Below are positions 55,489 to 64,000 of a DNA stretch of 64,000 nucleotides, piece after piece. The translations under genes and the position numbers were made by a program. The DNA comes from Eledone cirrhosa. Taxonomy: Eukaryota. Every line of letters begins with the position of its first letter. Positions within the stretch are counted from its first letter, which is position 1. The stretch is from contig OZ024741.1 in the NCBI GenBank assembly GCA_964016885.1, positions 112,344,001-112,408,000 of the forward strand. Reading direction: 5' to 3'. Below the pieces are notes generated by a model that made no database searches, had not been told where the DNA came from, and saw only the letters and a program-made list of their open reading frames with translations.

Positions 55489-56893
55489 TAGTAATAGAAA
55501 AAGAAAAAAAAAAAAACAGTAAGAAATGCTAATGGCATTTTCTCAGAATAACAGCAAAACATTTATTTACAAAAAAGGAATTTATTGTACTGGTTTTCAG
55601 CCATGTGGGCTACTTCATGCTACGGAAGTGTATAATAAAATTTATAATGGAGTTAAGTTGTATATTAATAAGAATATGGTATAAATAACATGGTTTACAT
55701 ACATATATACTCTCCTTCTTGGTGGTGTTGACTATAACTGCAGCAGTGGTAGTGAAACTAGCAGAGGAGAATAACTACTTCGTATTCAATGCAAATTATA
55801 CAGACAGAAATCTGGGCCTGCCATGGCCATGAAAACGGACCCTTCTTATGCTAACCTGGTTATGGGGTACCTGGAAATCACCCTCTACCGAAAAGAACTA
55901 GATAAATACGGAAATTCCTTCTACCTACACATAGAAAATTACTAGAGATATCTAGATGATTGTTTCATCTAGATATGAAAGTATTGGAAGTCTTATTGAA
56001 TTTAAAACACTACTAAATGGACTTTCAAACATTCAATTCACGATGCAATACAGACATCAGCAACTCCCTTTTCTCCACATCCTTATTAAGAAACTAACAA
56101 CAAAATAAAAACAGACCTATACTATTTAATTTTTTCCCTCTAAAAATTTAAAGACGGCCCTTCCTACATTCAGTGCATTAACAAAGAATCACAATTTATC
56201 ACTAAATACAAACCCCTTTTAAATGCATCCACCACACACGAAACTGCAATGAGCACCCAACATTAACACCAATGGACAAATTAAGGAAGATTGATATCTT
56301 TAGAAACAATTACTCTCTCAGTCAACTTTAAGGTCACTCAACCATTTAGGTGAGTCCCACAAACAGCTCCCTTTACTACTATTAATAGTGATACTATTAC
56401 TACTCCACCTCCCTGTTGTCCTCTTCTATTTCATCCAGCCCTTCTTCGCCTTTCCTTTTCTTCTTTGCCATAACCTTTTTATTACTACCACACCTCTCCC
56501 CTTTCCCTTCTTCTTTCTTTTTTTCCCTCCTCCTTCTTTTTCTCCTGCCCCTCTACTACTACAACTATAGTCCAGGTCAACACCAAGAACACAGAATGAG
56601 CTAGTTCTCCACTGCTGCAGTTATAATCAACACCACCAAGAAAGAGAAAGTGATAAACAAAAATGTGAACTCTTCTATATATATATGTATGTAAACCATG
56701 TTATTTTATACCATATTCTTATTAATATACAACTTAACTCCATTATGAATTTTATCATACTCTTCCATAGCATGAAGAAGCTCATGTGGCTGAAACCAGT
56801 ATGATAAATTCCTTTTTTGTAAATAAATGTTTTGCTGTTATTTTATGAGAAAATACCATTAGCATTTTCTACTGATTTTTTCTTTTTTACTAT
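55489..56893 (+). mobile_element. Penelope-like element: inverted pseudo-LTR, RT fragment, 3' pseudo-LTR
   Basis: 55767-56120 reads ENNYFVFN/YRQKSGPAMAMKTDPSYANLVMGYLE...RYLDDCFI...IQFTM..LPFL; 55489-55762 is an inverted copy of 56600-56893. Confidence 0.88.
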
Positions 56894-57079
56894 TATATAT
56901 ATCAACTTGTGTGTCATTTCTCAACATTCAATATATATATATATATATAGATATATATATATATATGGGATAACAAGTTATCGTTATAGGTAATCCAGTT
57001 AGAGGTTGTGAGTACTCTGTGTCATGGATGGTTTTAATGTACGGTTTAATGTACGAGACATGCAGACACCTTAGAGCCG

Positions 57080-57250
57080 GGACCTTTCTCAAGATATATG
57101 GACAGTAGCAACACAAGAAGATGTGAACTCCCCTCAAGCTATAGGGACTGCTACAGAACATGAAAACACCTCTCGGCCAGACCTCCCTCAAGCTATATGG
57201 GCAATAACAACACCCTAGGTTGTGAACTCCCCTCAAGCCATAGGGAACAA
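57080..57250. repeat. ~99-bp tandem duplication built from ~50-bp CTCAAG.TAT subunits
   Basis: GACCT..CTCAAG.TATATGG.CA.TA.CAACAC...TGTGAACTCCCCTCAAGC.ATAGGGA at 57081 and 57180. Confidence 0.7.
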
Positions 57251-58310
57251 CCCAGGTGGAGCAGACACCATGATAGCCTAGAGACAGAATTGGACACAGC
57301 CATAATAATTTGGCCAACATCTATAACACAAACACTTTTAATTTACTAGATTTCTGATTTTCAAGTTCCAATCTTAAATCTTGATTTCTCTTTATTAATT
57401 TGTTATTTGTTTTCTGCCCTCTTCACTGTATCACCTTATATTTATTTTAAAGTTGAGATTGATTATAACACAAACACATTTAGTTTGAATATCTCATCTT
57501 AACATCTTGTCTCATACCAATATATCCAATATATTCTGACCTTGAGATTGGTTATAGCACACACACACACTTTATCCTACATTATTTCTCACTTCTCCAT
57601 ATTCATTTTCATTACATTTTCACCAATTTTTCATTTATTCTTTATTCTTTATTCTCTATTTATTTATTTATTTTCAAATTATACAAATTATATTAATTAT
57701 TTTATTATATTATTTATTTATTTTCTGTTTTCTTTATTTATTGCCTTATATTTCTTCATATACATGGAAGAACCCCCCCCCCCCACCACCACCACTACGA
57801 GGGTGGCAGGAGGGATGAAGAAAAAACACAAACTGGATACTTCTAAATTGTTAGCAGCAGCAGGATATAAGCTGACCACTACACCAACAACACTACCAAA
57901 TAATGGTAGAGGTCAAATGTACTGAACAATAGCAGGCAAAAACACTACAGGGAGCCTCACCCCAGAAAGAATTCTATAGACTTCTGACTGAGGAATGCTC
58001 TCAGAACTGACCAATGGGAAGTTTGACACTTTTTTTTGTTATTTTGTTCCTTTAACACCTTGTCCCTTCTACCATTTTATCAATTTTTAAGCTAACTCCA
58101 ACAATAACAACACTTAGAATGAGGAATGTTCTAATAACTGACCAATGAGAGGAGAAGAGGACCTTTGACACTGAAATCCGTTTGTTTGAATTCATATGAC
58201 TCCAGTTCCTCAGTGAATTAACAACCCAACAAGGAACTGGGCATATCAGAGTATTGACAATATTATACACCTAAACAACATATGTACTTGTCTATACCAT
58301 ACTAATTCAA

Positions 58311-58365
58311 ACTGCCTGAAGAGGTCACAGCCAAAGATGGCTGTCACTGAAATATATATAGCAGT
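58311..58365 (+). ncRNA. Type I minimal hammerhead ribozyme, probably in a PLE pseudo-LTR
   Basis: Stem I ACTGC/GCAGT; CTGAAGA; stem II GGTCACAGCCA-AAGA-TGGCTGTCACT; GAAA; palindromic TATATA; AUA triplet; AATAAA immediately downstream. Confidence 0.78.
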
Positions 58366-58877
58366 AATAAACGAAGCTAAATTTTAATCATTTGACTTTT
58401 ATTTAACTTTATTTTACACTACTCCGGAGTAACCAAACCAACCTGCGCACTTCGTTGAGTGCTCCGGGCTGCATACTGAGGTGTTGGTATACAACCAACA
58501 TAAACTCAAAATCTCTCTATATATATATATATGACCAGTATGAGCTGAAGACCTGCTAAGGTGAAACAATTGTTCTTGGTATGGTGAACTAACTGTTGTG
58601 TTACCACTTCTATATATATATATATATAATATGCAAATACACATGAGTTTCTGCACTGCTTCTATGTATCAACTGTCACTTGGCAAGCATTAGTCAACCT
58701 AAGGTTAGAGTAAGAAATACTTGTCCAAGTTGCTGCACAGTCACAATAAAGCCAAACTGATGAGGTTGTTAAGGGTGGATTTTAACCACACGGTTATGTT
58801 TGCACCTTTATTATTTTTCTTGTTTTATTACTATATTCATTGTGATTTTATTTTGAATTCTTCTCACCCCTCATTTA

Positions 58878-59180
58878 TCATCATCATTATCATTTTATGT
58901 TCCCTTTCAACATTAGCATGTATTGGACTAGTTGTCACAGTCCAAAGCTAGATGGGTTGGAGTGACCAATCTTGGTCATATATTCCATATTTGACAAAGT
59001 TTCTATAGCTGGATACCCTTCCTAATGCCAACCACCTTATAGGCTGGGCTGGGTGCAATTTTCATGACACCAGCACCATCATTTTACATAATGGAAAGGG
59101 TGCATTTTATGCTATTGGCACTAAAACTTTACAGTGTGTACTGGGTGCATTTTATTGTGGCACCAGCATGATATTTTCAC
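58878..59180 (-). mobile_element. Degenerate RTE-tailed element or SINE 3' part
   Basis: (ATC)n tail, TAGCTGGATACCCTTCCTAATGCCAACC and ~40-bp GGGTGCATTTT repeats. Confidence 0.6.
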
Positions 59181-60659
59181 ATCATATATTTTGTCTTAGC
59201 TATAAATTTCATATCTGATATACTGTAAGTAATTATTGATTGGTACAGTTATATTCTGTATAGCCATATTTATTTTTAGTAGGAAGGCAGTTATGAAACC
59301 TGGTTTAGGAAGCAACTTTCAATATTTATTTTTGCATTAGGATAGCAGTTCTGATGCACAAGATATTGTTGTTAATTGATTAAGTTATGTTGGTGGAAGC
59401 AAGTTAAGATTAAAGGTCTGTATCTTGCTTCCGGTTATCAATATATGTGACATGATGTCCACCACAATCCTGTCTATCATTGCCTTTCTGCAGTTTTTTT
59501 CTACTGAATGTCACTTACAAAGAATTCGACAATCATCATCATCATATAATGTCCATTTCCCTGCAAACAAGTGTTGGTTGGGTTGTCAGAGACCAAGTCA
59601 ATACTTAAGTGAAGCTTACATGCATTCTCACACATTAAATCTGTGAAATTAATCTGTTTTGCCTCTCTATTATTTATGCAAGCTTCACCTAATTGTTTAC
59701 ATACACACACACATAGAAAGAGATATATGAACATGCAAATATTATGTTACTATAGAAAAATCTAATATAGGCTGACACTCTCAAGACTAATTTTAATAAT
59801 TTTATTTCCCTTTCATTTGAAAACTAGAAAATTAATTGGAATTGTTAAGGTGAATAATTTGAACAATAATAATTCTGAAAGAATAGAAATTAGCATGTAT
59901 CAATATTGTCATATTCTGTTTCTTCTATTTTTGTTCTGTACTTTAAACATTTTGATACCATCTAAAATCGTCCCCAGTTATACAAAACTCTTTTTTAAAG
60001 CATTTATATTTATCTAAAATCTTTCCATTCTAAATCTACATAACTAAAAGAAGCTAATTATTAGATTGAACCAAGAAAACTATATTTCCTTTGGTCTTTC
60101 TGTTTCTGATATTATCTGCAGGTCACAACTCCTGAAAGAACGGTGGGATTTGTACACAGGCTGTAGAGAGCCAGATCAGATTCCACCATAGCATCCTAAC
60201 AGGTCTTTAACAATTATGTGGGCTTTATTTATCAACTCTAAAAGGATGAAAGATGAAGTTGACATCAAAGGGATTTGAACTCAAAGAGCCAGAATAAATA
60301 CCAATACATTTAATCTGATGCTCCATTGATTTCCTAAGTTCATACTTAATATTGCACAGATTGGAGACATAAAATGACTCCTCATTTCACTAGTTAAAGT
60401 TTTTTCAAGGTGTTGAATAATTGTATGTAAAAATTTGCACATGAGAAACCATGAGTAATGCATTATTCATTAACTAGTGATCAGGTATGAATGCATGCAA
60501 CAGAGTGGACTTTGCTAAATGAACTAAAAAGCCACATAGTGGAGTTAAATATATGTTAAGATATATTGAGTAGTTGATGATGTTCTTTGTTTCTTTGGAA
60601 ATTCTACAATATTGAATAACATTATTATCTCAGTTAAGCTTATTAATTTTGAGAGAATC

Positions 60660-60890
60660 TGATAACATTTTTGTGCCTGCTTCATATAAAATACACTGCA
60701 TGTGGTTCAGTTAATTTTAAATATAAATCAAGAATTAGGAGTGATTTAGTCAAATAACTAATTTCGGCATTTTATTTTAATATAACCTAACAAAAATTGA
60801 AATTTTTAATTTACATTTGAAAACTTAAATAGGCAGTTTTATACCATAGAACCATGAGTGGTCTCAGTTTTTTGGTATCAAAAGGGTTAA
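60660..60890. mobile_element. piggyBac-type MITE relic
   Basis: Ends GGTATCAAAAGGGTTAA; shares TAAATAGGCAGTT with the 63462 copy. Confidence 0.6.
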
Positions 60891-61446
60891 AATAAAGTAC
60901 AAGTTGTGTTAGTGGAGAATGACAGATTTGTATTATTGTGCAAGATGGAAATCAATGCAATTGACACTAAATAATTGAAGTTAACAGGGAACATTTTTAA
61001 AAGCAAAAAAAAAAAAAAAGGTAACTATTGTTTGCCTTCTTTTTACAAAGGTAACAACTTACAAAGGGCTATGATATAAGGATTTTATGAGATAATGGGA
61101 TTGAGATATGTCAGTTAGGTAACAAATGTAATGAGAGCAAAAATATTTCAAATCAAATATACCACAAGACTGTCTAACTGAAGCAGCATTGCATACACAC
61201 ATTCAACTCACTTGTTCATGTAATATATAATTATAATCTAATGCTTGTCTACATGACATGTTAACAATACTCATATATGATTGCAGCGAAGCTCAAGCAG
61301 AGATACTACAAATATGTTTCCTCTCTGAGACCACCCATAATAGAAATATGACAATATTAGCCAACCCCATCTGGCAATTAAAAGTAAAATCTTCCAATTA
61401 CGGTATCAAATGAACTATCACACATGCATGCATGCATACACACACA

Positions 61447-61485
<39 letters not shown>

Positions 61486-62730
61486 GTGTATATATATATA
61501 TATGTTTATATATATATGTGTGTGTATTTGAGAGAAAGAGAAAGAGAGAAGAAAGGGGTCAATTTCTCCTTTGGTTTCACTTTATATCTAGTATATAATG
61601 TTTTTATCCAGATCTCATGATATAATTTCAGCAAATGCCAAAATCAATTTTATAAGCTACTACTCTTGAATTCATTAGCATACAATACTACCAGTGCTGT
61701 TTTGTCATGAAACCCCATCATGTCTAGATACTCTCAACGCTTATGCATTGAAGTCTTAATTTCTAAATGTCCTTTTCGACAGATTTTTAGTGAATACATT
61801 TTAATTCCTCGTTTATTTCTATATGTTCAGAGAAAACATATCAAAACTATATCTATACACTATTGATATACAGTAACGGTTGTTTTATTTAGAAAAAATA
61901 TTTGCTTCTTATACATATTTTTCATCTCATCATATGTGTACTAATTCTAAAATCTGAATATTAGTATAAAAATTATTTTGGTGAAATGTTTTTTTTTAAA
62001 CTGATAAAATCAATAAGAGAAAATTATGTAAAGAAACATAAAACATTAAATGTACCTTCTCTCTGTCTTGTATCTCTCATACCATGTCAATTATTGCTAT
62101 TTTCTCTAATTCCAATCTTCTATACTAACTACTGTCTTCACTTCTTTGATCTCTCATATTCCTTACAGACATAATTTGAATCACATTTTTTCCACTGGTT
62201 TTCCTACAGCGTAAAATAAAATTCTAATCACTCTTATCAAGTTCTTCCATCATTTCATGTTTCTTAACTATCTCAATATCCTCATTCGTTTGGCCTAAAC
62301 TTCAACTTCTCAAACCAATTTTCTTTCTGTAATGATTAGTAGTATTACTGTTATTGTTTAGTTATTTTTCATTTTACAGCAGTTTGATATTATTTATTAG
62401 AGATTATTTTCTTTACAATATAATACTCATAAACTAGATTTTGACAGGTTTCAGCACATTGACCTTAAACAATTGCTATATTATCATGATCAGATATGAT
62501 ACATTCGATATTAATTACATTTTTGGATTTAGGCACTCTATGGTATTTCAGTTCATATATATAATGATGTTTTCTTGAAAAATAGTTCTGAGAAAATTTA
62601 ATTTTGAACTTTGTTCACGAGGAGCTTTTTATTTTGGCTAACTTTTTCTCCATTTTCCCCATTATTTTTCCTTTTTGTTTATTTTCAGGAGACATATGTT
62701 TTTTTTACTAAATCAGACATTTTGTGAAAA

Positions 62731-62916
62731 TAATTGTTTCTACTTTTGGCACAAGGCCAGCAATTACCCCAGTGCATTACTGGTACTCTATTTTATCAAC
62801 CCCGTAAGGATGAAAGGCAAAGTTAACCTTGGCGGGATTTGAACTCAGAATAGCAAGGGCCGTAACTCTATGCGTCAAAGCATGGCGTCCGACCCTCTAC
62901 CGATACTGTCAATCCA
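62731..62916 (-). mobile_element. tRNA-derived SINE (S1)
   Basis: Reverse complement of the 3306 and 44391 copies. Confidence 0.85.
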
Positions 62917-63461
62917 ATTTGTTGTACATTTGCTTTTCTCATCGAACCTTAGTGAAAGTTGTCTTTTTTACTTAGTTTGAGAATAGCTAAAATCTACAAT
63001 TGGATACCCTGTCTAATATTACTAACCCTTAACAATTACGAAATTAGTCAAAATGTCTAACACAGGTTGCTTGGCTATAGTTACAAAACAATGACCATTA
63101 AACGGTCTTTAGTTAACATTGTTGTCTCTGGGCACCACAAATTTGAAAACAAACTTTAATAATTATGCCTCAATCAATAGTGGAGCCTATACTTCTGGAT
63201 TTATTAATGAAATAAATTTCTAACTAGTAAACTGCTTGCATATTTTATTGCCTCATCATAAAATATGCCTGATTCCTTTCATTACAACATCTAAATTCCT
63301 ATTTCCTTATATTTCCAATGTATTCAATGTAACCCGAAGCACAGAACTTATTTAAGTATAAATCTAAGCTGGCTGCCAAAGTAGAGGCAATTGGTTTCAT
63401 TGGATTGCTCCTTGACTAGTACTAGCAGTGATTGATAGTTTGCTGCTTGCAATTAGACACT

Positions 63462-63713
63462 TTAACCCTTTCATTACCATACTTCTCAGGAAAAACATTA
63501 CATATATGTTTCACTTAATTTTAAACATAATTATAAATTAGGAGCAATTGAATAAAATAACTGGCTTTTTAATGGTGTTTGGAACATCACTTAACATTTC
63601 GTAAATAAGATTATAATGGAAGGGTTTACTATAAATGTGAATACTTTTAAATAGGCAGTTCTGTATCATAAAATCAGGACCAGTTTCTGATAAGTTGGTA
63701 TCAAAAGCATTAA
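63462..63713. mobile_element. piggyBac-type MITE
   Basis: TTAA|CCCTTTCATTACC ... GGTATCAAAAGCA|TTAA. Confidence 0.65.
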
Positions 63714-64000
63714 GTTAACAAAACAGCACTATAAATAATACTAATACCTACAGCTGTTTTTTTGTTTAATAATTTTACTTTTATTAACTTCATTTTCTAT
63801 ACATACTAACCGGAAATTATTCGGCTATTCTAAAGAGAACATTAGTCTCCTGATTTTGTCATAGTAAAAATTGCTCTTCTCAATTCACATGATGACATAA
63901 TTATCCTTGCATATTTTTTGCCCGTTGCAAGAGAATGTTTTTACGTACCACCATTATGTCTTCCTGATTTCTATTGGTTGTAACGTTTTTTGAAATATTT

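Noticed and set aside
60121-60201. Candidate exon after TTATCTGCAG
   Set aside because: All three plus-strand frames contain stops and there is no good donor site.

Overview
AT-rich, microsatellite-dense eukaryotic DNA with no host protein-coding exon I can support; it looks intronic or intergenic. The SINE and RTE content resembles octopus (coleoid cephalopod) repeats, which is an inference from pattern recognition, not a database result. Nearly all long ORFs in the track are translations of (TA)n, (TG)n or (GGT)n repeats, or broken retroelement frames. Recognisable content: (1) many RTE-clade LINE copies, one near full length at 46.6-50.0 kb with APE endonuclease, RT and a C4HC3 PHD-like finger inside the RT; (2) tRNA-derived SINEs; (3) Penelope-like element (PLE) relics with RT or GIY-YIG pieces, inverted pseudo-LTRs and two hammerhead ribozyme motifs (33.66 and 58.31 kb); (4) hAT, piggyBac-type and mariner-type MITEs and a Helitron; (5) a 2.4 kb array of a 15-bp minisatellite. 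Most notable: a circularly permuted, inverted, hammerhead-bearing mini-element (33.2-33.9 kb); three copies of a fold-back element whose two arms share copy-specific substitutions; a ~14 kb nest of unrelated elements strung on (TA)n; and a diverged ~300 bp tandem unit with a conserved hairpin at 42.3-42.9 kb. Boundaries of degenerate elements are approximate.
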